NCBI GenBank assembly: GCA_021613535.1 | Contig: CP075494.1 | Location: 1,488,001 to 1,552,000 of the forward strand | DNA length: 64,000 nucleotides | Direction: 5' to 3' | From: Adineta vaga | Taxonomy: Eukaryota; Animalia; Rotifera | Shown: positions 12,547 through 24,949 of the stretch, in pieces | Layout of the letters: each line of letters begins with the position of its first letter | Numbering within the stretch: the first letter of the stretch is position 1 | Position numbers and translations under genes: made by a program | The notes under the pieces: model-generated | The model's database searches: none | The model's input: the letters and a program-made list of their open reading frames with translations, nothing else | What the model was told of the DNA's origin: nothing

Positions 12547-14587
12547 ATGAAAAGATTCTGGTTTATTTGGTTCCAGAGTTTAACGGATTATTTACAGGAA
12601 AATGTTGAGATAAAACGTTTTCAAACTTTAGTTGAGAATGTTATGTTCTTCGAAAATGAAAATGAATGTGAGATATATATAACAAATTTATTTAAAAATG
12701 ATAAAATTATCTTCATAATTAATGGTAAGCTGATCGAAAAAGTGCTTCCACATATTCATGAACTGCCACAAATCGTATCAATTTATATTTATTATGATAA
12801 TCAAGAAAAATATGAAGAATGGACTACTAAATATAAAAAGGTACAGATTTGTTAAGCTTTGTATTTCAACAAATCTTTTCAGCTTAAATGTGAACAATTA
12901 AAACAAAAGAAATATGTTCATTTAGATTAAAAGGGTATTTATTCAATTTAAGGAACTTATTGGCGAAGTTTTATCTGATTACAATGAGGAACCACATGAA
13001 ACCAATGACGGATCTAGTTCAATTTTTATCTTCAATGGACATTCGACAAATGAACTTAATGGAGCATTTATTCATTCACAAGTATTGATTAATTGTCTTA
13101 TTCGATTAAAACCAAATGAAAAAGACGAATTTATCTCTTTCTGCAAGAAATATTTCACAAAAGATGAAAAGACGGTTACAAATCTTGCCGCTTGTTTAAA
13201 AAACTACTCTAAAAAAATAGCATTAGAATGTTACATCATGAATAATGGCTTATTTGACGTGTTAAATAAAGCACTTCGTAATAAAGAAATTGATTTATTA
13301 TATCATTTGCGTTTCTTTCTTCGTGACATAGCAGAAGAGTTACAAGGCAAACAATGTAAATCGTCTTTTCGTGTTTATCGAGGTCAATTTATGTCATCCA
13401 GTGAGATGAAAAGGTTAAAAAATTCTGTCGGAAATTTAATTACGACCAATGCACTTTTCTCAACAACCCATGACTATAAAGTGGCTACATGGTTTTGTTC
13501 AAATGATTCAGAATATGGTTTGGGAGTGATTTTTGAGATCGAAATTAATTCTGCGTTGGATAAGATCAAACCATTTGCCGATCTTACTCCAGTAAATTTT
13601 CAAGAAAAGGAAGTTCTTTTTATGGAAGGAACTATTTTTAAACTTGATGACGTTTGTTTTAATGAAGCAACGAAAATCTGGAATGTTAAATTACGATTAT
13701 GTTTCCATAATGATGAACAACTTGAAGCACTTATGAATCACATGATTGATCAATCTAAGTCTAAAGAAGTAAATTTGTATTTATTTGGAAATATTCTTCG
13801 CAATATTGGTTTGCTACATGATGCTAAAAAATATTATAATCTATTTCTCGAAGAATCATCGGATGATCATGATGATAAGCTTCGATGTTATTATTCGATT
13901 GGTATTGTGGCAGATGAGGAAGGCAATTATGAAGAGAGTTTAAATGTCTATAAGAAAGCTCTTCAAATTGGTAAAAAATCGTTCTCAAATAAGAACCATT
14001 CTGACATTGCTGAAATTTACTATAATATGGCTATTGTATATCACAAAACGAAAGATAACCAGAAAGCACTGAATTTTGTCACTAAAGCGTTGACAGAATT
14101 CAAGCGTGTATATGGCAAGAATAGTTTGGAAGTTGCTAGATGTTACAACATTATTGGACATGTGTATCAGAGTACCAGAAATTACTCAAAATCACATGAT
14201 TATTATCAAAAAGCGTTACCAATTCTTCAAGATAAACTTCCACCAAATCATCTCGATGTCGGCCGATGTCAATGCAGTCTGGGAAATATTGACTTAATAT
14301 TGAAAAAATTTGATTTAGCACTAGAAAAATATGATATTGCACTTGTGATCTATAAAAAATCCTGTCCTGAACAACATATTGATGTAGCCATTGTCTTAGA
14401 AAATATGGGTCTTGCTTACGAAAAGAAAGGCTACTGGCAATATAGCTTGGCATATTTGCAGAAAGCAAAAACTGTTTACATTAATTTATCACTTTATGAA
14501 CATCCAACTGCAATAAAAATTGAAAATACTATTTCTCGTATTTTATCAAAAGTAGATAGGTTAAAAGACAATAAATCTTATAATTGA
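12547..14587 (+). CDS. ADP-ribosyltransferase (R-S-E type) domain plus TPR-repeat protein; exons 12547-12840 and 12926-14587
   Basis: ART motifs VYRGQ, FSTT and QEKEVLF, followed by ~42-aa TPRs (HSDIAEIYYNMA, LEVARCYNIIG, HLDVGRCQCSLG). The GT-AG intron 12841-12925 joins the two ORFs in frame. The 5' end is uncertain. Confidence 0.85.
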
Positions 14588-15134
14588 TATTTGATTAAGG
14601 ATAAGATTTTAATGGTTTTTTCTGTAAAATCTTTAAAAAATCACGGATATCTTAGTAGGTTTCAAGTGTTAAGTAAATAAAACAGTACAAATGTGTTACA
14701 AACGACAAAAAATTGCAAATAAATAGGCTTGTGTTCACTTAGCAATGGATTTCTGGTAGAAAGTTTAAACTGCATTCATTTCTTACTTTTTGTTGACTTT
14801 ACAACGTTGTAGTTTCTATTCATATGAGATAACGGTCGTTTAATCGATTTAACAATGAGAAGCTGGAACCTGACAAATTATCTCGTTTCGAAAGACTGTC
14901 AAAAGTAGACATTCATTTACTAAAGTAGGTTATTGAGGGAGACCCGGCATTAATTCCATACTCTGGCCAACAAAACAGTCTCAATGTTCTCATACTGAAG
15001 TTGAAGAATGCATTGCAAATCAAGAAATACGTAGATATATGAAGTTTAAGATCTCTGTAAATTCTTGTCGCTTCAACCTTAGCATAGTATTATGTCACTC
15101 AGGGATAGATATATCAAACTATACCAGATACTGG

Positions 15135-15612
15135 CAGATTATAATCGGATTTATGTGAAACAAAATCAAAATTATAATCGATTTAAATCTTTCAAATCGA
15201 CAACAATCTAATTTTTAACCCTAGTCCTCCCGTGCTCTTTTAGGTTTTTTTTGCAATTAGTCCTACAATTCAAGTTATGATATTTTACATATGATTTCGT
15301 AGAGAGCGTATTAAAACAATGACCTTTTTAATTCTAACGAAAAATCAAAACTAAATGTCATACTCTGTTACTTTTCAAAAAACGTCCATTTCAGATGTGG
15401 GTCCAGAATGACCCAGGTTGGTAGTACTGGGGTTAATCAAAAATATAATTACTTAAAATCAGTATACTTTGGATTCAACAATATATGATTTTAATCGAAA
15501 ATATATCTATCTTAGAAAATTATTTTTGATTAAAAAACAAATTATTATATTTTTCAAAATTTCAATTGATTATAATTTTGATTTTATTGCACAAAAATCC
15601 GGTTATAATCTG
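15135..15612. mobile_element. Non-autonomous inverted-repeat element (MITE) with ~49-bp imperfect arms
   Basis: 15135-15183 CAGATTATAATCGGATTTATGTGAAACAAAATCAAAATTATAATCGATT is the near reverse complement of 15564-15612. Confidence 0.7.
15219..15432. mobile_element. piggyBac-like MITE nested in the previous element
   Basis: TTAA|CCCTAGTCCTCCC ... GGTAGTACTGGGG|TTAA: imperfect 13-bp TIRs with a TTAA duplication. Confidence 0.65.
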
Positions 15613-15843
15613 TTCTAATCTAAAATATTTTACTATGAGTAATCACAGCTGCAAGTAACAATGGTTCGAAATTGAACAAAATTATATAGCAATACAAAAG
15701 GATGAATTTTGTTTAAAGATGATTATTACGAGAACTCAGTATGGTATAAAAAGAATACTTTATTAAGAACTTCTTCTAATTGGTATCATCGTTAACGCTT
15801 TGTGGCATATTATTGTGTTAACATGATTTTTACTGTAGCATAG

Positions 15844-16052
15844 TGTAACGATAAAGATATCACCCCATGTGGTGATATCAATATATGATCATCTCTCCCA
15901 ATCATGCGTATCCTCTTGTTCTTCTCTCTCTTCCTCTCTCTATATAAGTGTGCATTGTATTGTAGAGTGGTTACACTCTGGGTATGTGAGATAGCCGAAT
16001 AAACATCTGTACCGTGAGAAGCGGTCAGCTACTCAACCAGTTTGTCGTTACA
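15844..16052 (+). mobile_element. Solo LTR of an LTR retrotransposon (209 bp)
   Basis: Inverted termini TGTAACGA...TCGTTACA, perfect 5-bp TSD CATAG (15839-15843 and 16053-16057), internal TATATAA and AATAAA. Confidence 0.88.
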
Positions 16053-16475
16053 CATAGGAATTTCTCATGCAGTATTAAATTTGGTATGTGTCGGGTTGGT
16101 AAAAGGAGATCAAACTCTTCTATTCAGATATGCCACCAATATTAGGACTATTTGATTATAAATTCCATTAGATATTATCGATTCCACTTATTATTCATTG
16201 TAATTAAACTGATTGTCGATATTTGCTATTGTAAATAATAGATGTTTAAGAAAAGCGTTTCTTTGACTAAATCTGATCAATTATTCTGTATGATTATCAA
16301 CCTATAAAAATAATAATACAAATGAAGGAAAACAAAAAGAAGAAGGAAATTCTTATATTTTTATTATAAAATAAAGAAAATTTAATCAATATGATTTTTC
16401 TTTTACAAATAATGAAGCGTCAATGTCATAGCAATTTGATTTTGCCTCTCAAAAGTTTTCACCGATAAATGAATA

Positions 16476-16553
16476 GAGGGTGTAAGTGAATGAGGGTGAC
16501 TGTGGGTGTCTAAAATGTAAACAAGCTACCCTCAACCGCGCCCGCACCCTCAA
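16476..16553. repeat. Element copy 6 (doubled arms)
   Basis: GAGGGTGTAAGTGAATGAGGGTGACTGTGGGTG-spacer-ACCCTCAACCGCGCCCGCACCCTCAA. Confidence 0.85.
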
Positions 16554-16569
16554 CATAGGCTCGCTGCGT

Positions 16570-16802
16570 CTGCCGGTAACGCTGTGATGGAGTTGTCACG
16601 CTGTCGGTCACGTCTGTGATGGGATCATTAAGTCTGTAGGTCAATTCTATGACGGGATCATTGAGTCTGTCGGTAACGTCCGTGATGGATGATCGCCCCC
16701 TGTCGGTAACGTCTGTTAGGGGTAATTTAGCTGGTCGGTGACGTCTGTGGGGGAGGGCGAATTGTTCTTTACCTTGTCGGTCACGTCTGTGGGGGGGGGG
16801 GA
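16570..16802. repeat. GC-rich array of 7 repeats, core TGTCGGT(A/C)ACGTCTGT, with variable linkers (period ~31-43 nt)
   Basis: Copies start near 16570, 16601, 16634, 16667, 16700, 16731 and 16774. The array ends in a G-run followed by AGTCCAAATTTCTGCCCTTAA. Confidence 0.8.
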
Positions 16803-16887
16803 GTCCAAATTTCTGCCCTTAAACACTTCAACACTCTCTTTCAGATCGTGTTTCACAAAATGAGGTTACAGATAAAGAAAATATTAA

Positions 16888-17680
16888 ACAATCTAACGGG
16901 TGTCCCAGAATAAATTAGACTGTTTGTATTTTTAACATTTCTCCTCTATTATCGCCATGATGGAGACACGCTTTTTATCAAAAGATAGCCCTTGAAATTC
17001 TCTACAAAACTATATATCACTAGGTCCAAAAACTGTTTTTGATATATTTGAAACATGATGAAAAGTAATGACATATAAAAAAGCTGCAAAATATAACGAG
17101 TTGGGCATAATGAACGGGCGCGCTTTGCGTCTCAATTTTTATCACTTACTTTGCCTCGTGGGAAAAACAAAATAGGTCACAAGATGCAGCGTGAATACCT
17201 TTACAATTCATACAGAACAAATTATAAAAAGAGCAATAAGAAAAAAGAATTCAACTTGTACCAAAATATATACCATTTTCGCACAGTCGAAATTTGATGG
17301 CTCCAAACTTTGTCTATTTTGAAAGCAAAAATTGCAACTATAAAATAGGCGGTCGTATCTAAATTGTAGAGCTTTTCACGGTGCATATTTTTCTATATTG
17401 TTTTTCCTAACAGGGTGAAGTAAGCGATGAAAAAATGGGATGAAAAGTGGGACCATTCCCTATGTCCAACTCGTTACATTTGACAGCTTTTTGTGTCTTT
17501 ATTTTTCATCTTTTTTTCAAATATATCAAAAACAGTTTTTGGACCTAGTGATATATAGTTTTGTAGAGAATTTCAAGGGCTATCTTTTGATAAAAAGCGT
17601 GTCTCCATCATGGCGATAATAGAGGAGAAATGTTAAAAATACAAACAGTCTAATTTATTCTGGGACACCCGTTAGATTGT
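16888..17680. mobile_element. Foldback / Tc1-mariner-like MITE of ~790 bp with long TIRs
   Basis: 16888-17053 reads as the exact reverse complement of 17515-17680. Diverged inner inverted arms continue to ~17220 and ~17350. Termini are TA|ACGGGTGTCCCAGAA. Confidence 0.88.
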
Positions 17681-20487
17681 CAAATATTAAAGGATTGACA
17701 TTTTTTAAGTCTTGCAAAAGTTTATGACAAAATGAATAACCTGATATTATTGTTTTCGTGAAAATGTACATAATAATAACCTATAGAGAAGTTGTACGAA
17801 CAAGTCTCTAGAATTTTTCAACAAGTTTCTTTCTCTTTAATTGAAATTGAAAAAAATGAATATATGTACTATTCGTCATTATTGTCAATATAGAACTTTT
17901 GGAAGATATCCTTTTCTGAATCTAAATAATAAATGATAAATTCATGTTAAGAAATATCAAAGTTTTTTAGTTTTTTATGATCACTCTTTTGTTTTTTGTG
18001 CAAATTATGTTGTAATAGATGATATATTTTTGATCGAATTTGTGTGAGTGCACAGTGTTTAACTTCTCTTGCAGAAATATAGAATCAAATAAAACTATTG
18101 TTATGCAGCTTTAATATTAAAGAGAAAGCAAAACGTAAAATACAATTTTAATGATTTAGTACCTTAGCTTTTATGAAGAAAGAAAAGCAAGGTAAAACGA
18201 CGAAGCTATTGTCGCTTTTGCATTAAAGTATAATTTCTACTTCGTGTAATTTGAGTGAGTGAAATTTAAAACATTAAATTATTTTTATCACCTAAATTTT
18301 TTACATACATTGCTTTTTTGATTTCTCTTAATCCGTCCTCTCAATACTTCTCACAGCAAAACATTCCTTCGTTTTCCGTCCTTGAATTATTTGTAAAATA
18401 GTAAAAAAATCAATTTTTTCTCGCTCGTCTGAGTATACTTTTGATATTATTTTCTTCTCTTGAACTCAAGGGGATAAGTGCAGAATGGATGCCGTAGCAT
18501 CGAAGCATCCATTCATCATCTTAGCATCCTTCGGTGTTTTTGGGTACTGGATACCTGCACTTACCTCCTTGCTTGAACTACAAATATCATTGAGAAACAA
18601 TCACTCAACGATAAATATACAGAATAGTCTGAGATTAAATTTTCATATAAAAATATTCTCACAGAAGCATCCTGAAGTAATGCAATTTTTGATGACTTGT
18701 ATTTGCGAGTTGTTATGCCAACATATTTTATTGACTATGGCATTTTTTGTAAAAGTTATTATTGTGAAACGTATAAAAGCTCTTTCAAAAAGTCATTTTC
18801 ACAGAAGACCCATACGTTGTTGTGTCTCTTGTATCAGGGGATGAAAATAAATCTCCAGCTACCGTATATATCGTAGGCTGAACAACTATATGAACGTATG
18901 ATCTGATGTAAAATCGAGAATCACGTCAAAAATCCTACCAGAAATGGCTGGAGTGGAGGAGGAGATGAAGAAAATGGATGTGGATGAGATGAAAAGAGAT
19001 GATGGTGTTTTATTGGATGAAATCGAATAAAACACTAAAGAAAATGATAACAAAAGACTGACTGGAGAAAAAGAAAAACAATAATATAAATACAGATCGG
19101 AGATGATCTGAGAAAAAAATATAGAAAAGAGAAGAAATACAATCACAGAAATCATCATGAGAACGGACATGATAATCAACGAAAACGAAAAGACAACAGG
19201 AAAGAAAGAGAAAGAAGATATGTATATGTATAGAAAAGAAAGAAAACAACTGTTTAGAAGATAGCGTCATGAAATTATGTCCAATAACGCTAACAGTTGT
19301 TCACGTCAAGTGTAAATATTTACTCGATTCACGTCTATCTTGTAACATTATATTAGTTCTTTCATCAACATCAACTGTTATTCTTCTTCTCGATGTCTGA
19401 TCGTTAAAGGCATCATATAAGTAAACATTCTATAAAAAATTACTTATTTTTCATCTAATACAAATACAGAATATTTCGTTTTCTTCCAGTTTAATCATAC
19501 ATTTGTTCACATCTTCCTTGCGTAGTGAAGTATTTGATCTGCGCGCATAAATTTTATTCAAAGTTTAGAATAGTATAGTTTTCTAAAAAAAAACGACATG
19601 TGTTCTATATGAAGCTAAGCACTCTTCCATCGAGAAAAAACTTTTTTCTGAGTTTTAGAAAATTTTACACTGTTTTTAAATTGAAAAAAATTAAAGAGAT
19701 GATTTTTGCATGATTTTATAGAAAGATATCACATCTAATTTTTAAAGCAAATTGGATTTATTGACACGTATAAAATTGTGAATAATAGGTATTATAAAAT
19801 CTTTGTTAGACTAAAACCGATAAAATTCTTATCTTCAAGGATCTTAGAATAGCTTATGAGATACGCAGAAGCCTTATACACTTACATAATAATGCAACCT
19901 CAGCTCCCTAGTTCATTAAAATCCAGGGTTGTTACAAAGATAGTGCAAGGTATAGTTTCATTTGACGAGCAGTAAAGTATTAAAAAATATTACTATGACT
20001 AAACTAGAGATGAAATATGAGGAGCAGAAGACTTGATCAATGATATGAACACAATCAGTTACATTCAATGTACACTAAATCGCTATTGCCGTTGAAGAGA
20101 CTATAGTACGTATAATTTTCCAAGTGAACTTTTCTTGAAGAGAGCAATGAATACAGAATTATTTCGATTAGTAGATAGTAGTTAAATTAATACGAGATTG
20201 GTATCAATTGTTTTATATCAAACGATATGTTTATGTTCCTGAGAAAATCGTACACGAGCGTTCTAGATCACTCAATTAATCCTAAGACTTCTTTCATGTA
20301 TTTACAAGCTATTTATAAAACTTGACCGATTTTAAAAATGTATAATGATCGCCTATTCAAACGAAAACATTTTATTTTATCTTGAATGCGTATGTCAAAA
20401 CGTTCGATTATTTCTATAGTTTTTCATTCGAAGGTGTTATTTACAGAAAAGTTAGCAATTCAAACAAACCTGCAATTGATTGCTGTC

Positions 20488-20631
20488 ATGGGAAGCTGTT
20501 TGGGATGTCTAAACGATTTCACCTGTAATCACTGTTTAACATGCGAAACATGTCCAGAGTGTCACAAACTTCAAACATGCGGACATTGTTGCCCAATTGA
20601 CCCTTCACAACCCTATCTGCGTAAATCATGA
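20488..20631 (+). CDS. Small 47-aa Cys/His-rich peptide (metallothionein-like or lipid-anchored)
   Basis: MGSCLGCLNDFTCNHCLTCETCPECHKLQTCGHCCPIDPSQPYLRKS: 10 Cys with repeated CxxC; AATAAA near 20810. Confidence 0.55.
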   Translation: MGSCLGCLNDFTCNHCLTCETCPECHKLQTCGHCCPIDPSQPYLRKS

Positions 20632-20900
20632 TTATAAGAGACAAAGATACTACAAGAATGTTTTAGTGACAGATTAAAAAACGTCTCCTTTATAGCTTCT
20701 TATGTTTTCATTAAAACTGTCCTTCCTCTTAGTTATATCCCTTTTTATTCTGCTTTTAACTTTATTGTAGATTGCTCAACTCTTTTGTAATCACGTAATT
20801 AGACAAAATAAATAAATACCTTTTATTACAGCGTATCATTTCAAAGGTGGATCTGTCGATAAGGGTGCATCCCCGATCTGCGGGATATGTGACACCACTC

Positions 20901-20947
20901 GGGTGTGGATGAAATCGAGGGTGGGGGTATTGACCTGGGTGTGGGTG
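20901..20947. repeat. Element, G-rich arms only (three tandem partial arms)
   Basis: GGGTGTGGATG, GAGGGTGGGGGT and TGGGTGTGGGTG. Confidence 0.7.
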
Positions 20948-21493
20948 AAATTGATTTTACAAAAAATTTATTATTTTGTTTTCGAAAGCTTATACATATT
21001 TGAACAATAACATGCGAGCTGTTTTCTCGTATATTAAGTTGCCAGATCAATTCGTCTCGCTATTGGGACAAACTAAAAATACTTGTCCTCCACAGTCGAG
21101 GGTTAAGTAAGTCAGCATGGCGAGCGTTACTTGTTTTTTAATTAAAACTATTGAAAAGCTATATCATACGATTTTGAGTTTACTTACAATATCAAAATTC
21201 TCTAAGATCTGCTATAGATCTTATATGTGAAAATAAATCTAATAACGTTAGTATAAGGAAAATCATAGTTTTCTAAATCATTCATCATTTCTTAGAAGCG
21301 CATAAATAATATATGTCAAAACTGCTAATATTTATTGTAAGAGCAGAGAAAAATCTCTTTAAAGAAATATTTTAATTTATCTTTGAATATGCTTGAGAAA
21401 AATATTCACTTCAAATGAATGAAAGGTTTTCTTTCTCATAAAGTATTTGAAATTGATTGATATTGTTGGAAGATATGTTTATATTTGAATAAA

Positions 21494-21563
21494 TTAAGGG
21501 TGTGGGTGAGAGGGGAGATAGAGTAAGATGCAACCTCAACCGCATACACATCCACACCCTTGA
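21494..21563. repeat. Element copy 7
   Basis: TTAAGGGTGTGGGTGAG-spacer-CACATCCACACCCTTGA. Confidence 0.88.
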
Positions 21564-22704
21564 AATATTATCGACTCACAATTACTATTGTCAACTTAAT
21601 TGTTCCTGTTTCAATAAATAGCTACCATCTATCTATTGCACATTACTACTCGACGTAAACAGGGATTATAGCTACTACGACTGTAGACAATATTTTCTTC
21701 ATAACACTGAAAAAAACACTTGTTTCGTTATGTTTGTCCATATTATGTCTCATTCGATTTGACCATACACGCCTTATCTTCTCTTTTACGTTAATTTGTA
21801 TAAAATACGAGGATATTGAGAAACATCATTTATGATGATGCAGTTTTAAACCTAAGAGGAGCCCATTTAGCTGATAAGAAAATATTATGAAATAAATTAA
21901 GCAAGTACCGTATGCAAGATAAGAAATCTTTTTTTTTTGTTTAATGGACATGACTTTTGCAGCTATTTTTTATCATAATTCATACTAACTGTTATCGGAT
22001 GACTCATATAGTTGGATATTTCTTTCTTTCCTATTCTTGCAGTATGTCATCTACATGGTGACAAATCTATGGGAATTCAACCACTATTCAAGCAACGTTT
22101 TTTGCTATCTTTTTTGTACTGATCACAATATTAGATTGAAAAACACAGGTTTCGTATATACATAAAAGCTTTTATATGCTTGAAAACGTTTATAAACACG
22201 ATTTTAAAAAAATCTACGAAACTTTAAAAGGATCTGTCCGCGCGGATACACGGTTAAAACTATTTCCTAAATAGTATATCTTAAGCAAGAAGGTAAGTGC
22301 AGATATCCAACATCCAGAAATATTGCAAGATACCAAGATGTCGATTGGATATTTGCAAATTTTTAGATCTATCTATGTGTAGTGTTAGTTTACTGACTAC
22401 TGACTTTCACTAATACTGATATTTTTCGAGTATTTCTATGCTTAAACTGTAACTACACATGCATATAGTATGATACCTCCTTATGTCCTTGTGTATAGCG
22501 TATCCAAGCCATATTGGTACGTGTGAAAGTATAACTAAGATGAATTAAAAGTACTTTCGACATTTGTTATTTCGATTTCTCTTCCAATATGAATGTCGTG
22601 AGCGTTTAGTAAATAAAGTTAGTTATAGATGATACATCGTAGATCCAATTCCACATTAATACAGATAAAGATCTTCTACATTTTTCATTTTAGTTTGATA
22701 CGTA

Positions 22705-23853
22705 ATGGATTGGTTTAGTTTTCTAAATGGATTCGTATGTTTGGCTGCAACTACGGCATATTTGTGTTCCGGTATATTATTTGGTCGCATTCCAATGATT
22801 ATGTATGAAAAGGCAGATGAATTAGCATGTTCGGCAATAAAAGAATCTACTTTATTTTCAATATTATACTTTACAGTAATAACTATTGTTGATATGTATT
22901 ATGGTTATTATGATGGATTTATATTACCTGTATCGTTAATAGCATTAATGGTTTTAACATTTTTACTTGTTTCATTTGCTAGACAAAATGACGGTGTATT
23001 CACAGAAGATTTTTATCCGTTATTATTCATTTTATTTCAAGTAGTATTATTGATCAAATTGTCACATACAACATATTTTTTTATTGACAATAGGATAAAC
23101 TATAAATTACCAACAAGTGAAATGAAAGATAGAGTATTAACAGCATCATTAATATTAGAATTATTGCAGGTATTGTTTTGGACATTAATTCCATTTCTAT
23201 GCTATTCAACTTCAAAAAGGTAAAAGAAATTATTTTTGTCTAAAAAAAAAATATAGAAAAGAAAAATTGTAATCGAAAGTCAGCTTATAATATGATAAAT
23301 GACCAAAAATAAATTAGAGAACTAATATAACATATCATTTGTAAATATACGTATATTTAAACAGACGTGTCACTATATTTCTTTAATAGTTTAAGTAAAT
23401 GAATGAATTGCTTTTTTTAGGCATATAACATTATGGAGTTATGAATATGCTGATCTTATTTCACATATTATTGGTATTGTATTATATCTGAAACAATCGA
23501 ATATATCCTATTGGAATATTACAATAAAAGCATATTACGCGTTTTATATTATTAATCTTTTTCTTTGGGTAATTCCATTGACATTAGTGTGTTATCGAAG
23601 CAAATCAAATAAATTGCTTCCAGCTATTCATTGTATTATTATTGATGTTATTACAGATATTCCAATGTTTCTAATTACAATAGTCAAACGTACATATGTT
23701 AATAATATTTATATATGTTTTGGTATAGTTATTAAATTTATTGTGTTTGTTCGTTCTGTTATTTGGATACCTTGTCATCTTCTTCATGATCAAAGCGCGA
23801 AATATAATCGTCCAAATTTTATGATAGCATGTTCAAATAATCGAATACGATAA
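22705..23853 (+). CDS. Multi-pass membrane protein of unknown function; exons 22705-23219 and 23421-23853
   Basis: The GT-AG intron 23220-23420 joins two hydrophobic ORFs in frame, giving ~315 aa with many TM segments. Confidence 0.7.
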
Positions 23854-24204
23854 GAATAAGATATAAATATGGTGATGCAGTTGTTAGAGAAATGAATAAG
23901 TTGTAAAACTATATTTTTAATCATTTTTTTATAATATGAATTGGCAAAAAATCTAACAATCAATCATTTTTCTTTATTCATACTTAGTAAAAATAAACAG
24001 TAAATGTTAGTTTGATTTTTCTACATACTCGATTTTCAAACTTGTGTATGAAATCAGTTTAATAATTCAGAAAATTGTAGCACCGACGAATTTACATGGT
24101 AGGTTACAAATGTTTTTCCGTATAGAATTTCTACAAATACCTTAATTTGAATCTGATCACTCGATTATGATGTATAGAAATATTTAGAATTATACGTGGA
24201 AAAT

Positions 24205-24262
24205 TTGAGGATGGGTGTGGGTATGAGTGGGTAAGAATAAGATGTAAACCTATACCCTCAAG
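24205..24262. repeat. Element copy 8
   Basis: TTGAGGATGGGTGTGGGTATGAGTGGG-spacer-ACCTATACCCTCAAG. Confidence 0.85.
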
Positions 24263-24949
24263 TTCTGATTTTTCATTGGATTAAACGAAGATGCGAAACG
24301 AATTCCGCTATTATTTATCTTCATGAATACGAATAAAATCAAGGTTACATAGTTATTAGTAATTCTCAAAATGAAACTTTTATCTTCAATAGTCAATGAA
24401 ATTCGACGACGTTATGGACTAACGAAACTTACTCACTTATTTGCATTATCACAATATAGGACAATTGATCAACGGACCCAATGGACTGATTCGATTCAAA
24501 TCGGAAAAGTATGCAAAAAATAAAGAATATTGTTTGATGAGATCCAATGAATTCTATGAACGTGTTACAAGCAGATAGTACTGAAAGTCAGGTATATTTA
24601 ATTGCAACTGATACTTCAAATAAAGAGTTCTTCATGTAATTAAAAAGTTAAGAAGAAAAAAATCAAGTAAACCCAATCTTGATATTTATCTTTGTGAAAA
24701 ATCTGAATTACATCTCAATGATGAACGCATCGTTTCATTGTAAACAAAATCAGGATTGTTAAAGTGTAAATGACATTTGCAATCAACTATTCGATGAAAG
24801 AGAATTTCATAAGAGGATCACTCTTAATCCGTTTGTTTTATTTGGAAACAACATTACGTTAATTTGAGAAATGTTTTATATTGAAGGTTTTCTATTCATT
24901 GTTTAGATCGTCGTTTTTTTCCTGTTGATATTCACTCGGAAAAATCAGA

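Noticed and set aside
16570-16802. CRISPR array
   Set aside because: Eukaryotic context with no cas genes; the repeats are short and degenerate, and the linkers are too short and partly related to each other.
18485-19270. ORFs 18485-18844, 18886-19179 and 19010-19270
   Set aside because: They arise from purine-rich low-complexity sequence and show no recognisable motif. A decayed gene cannot be excluded.
22288-22357. Small inverted repeat TGCAGATATCCAA...TTGGATATTTGCA
   Set aside because: Single instance with no TSD, unrelated to the recurrent element; it may be a chance match or an old repeat.
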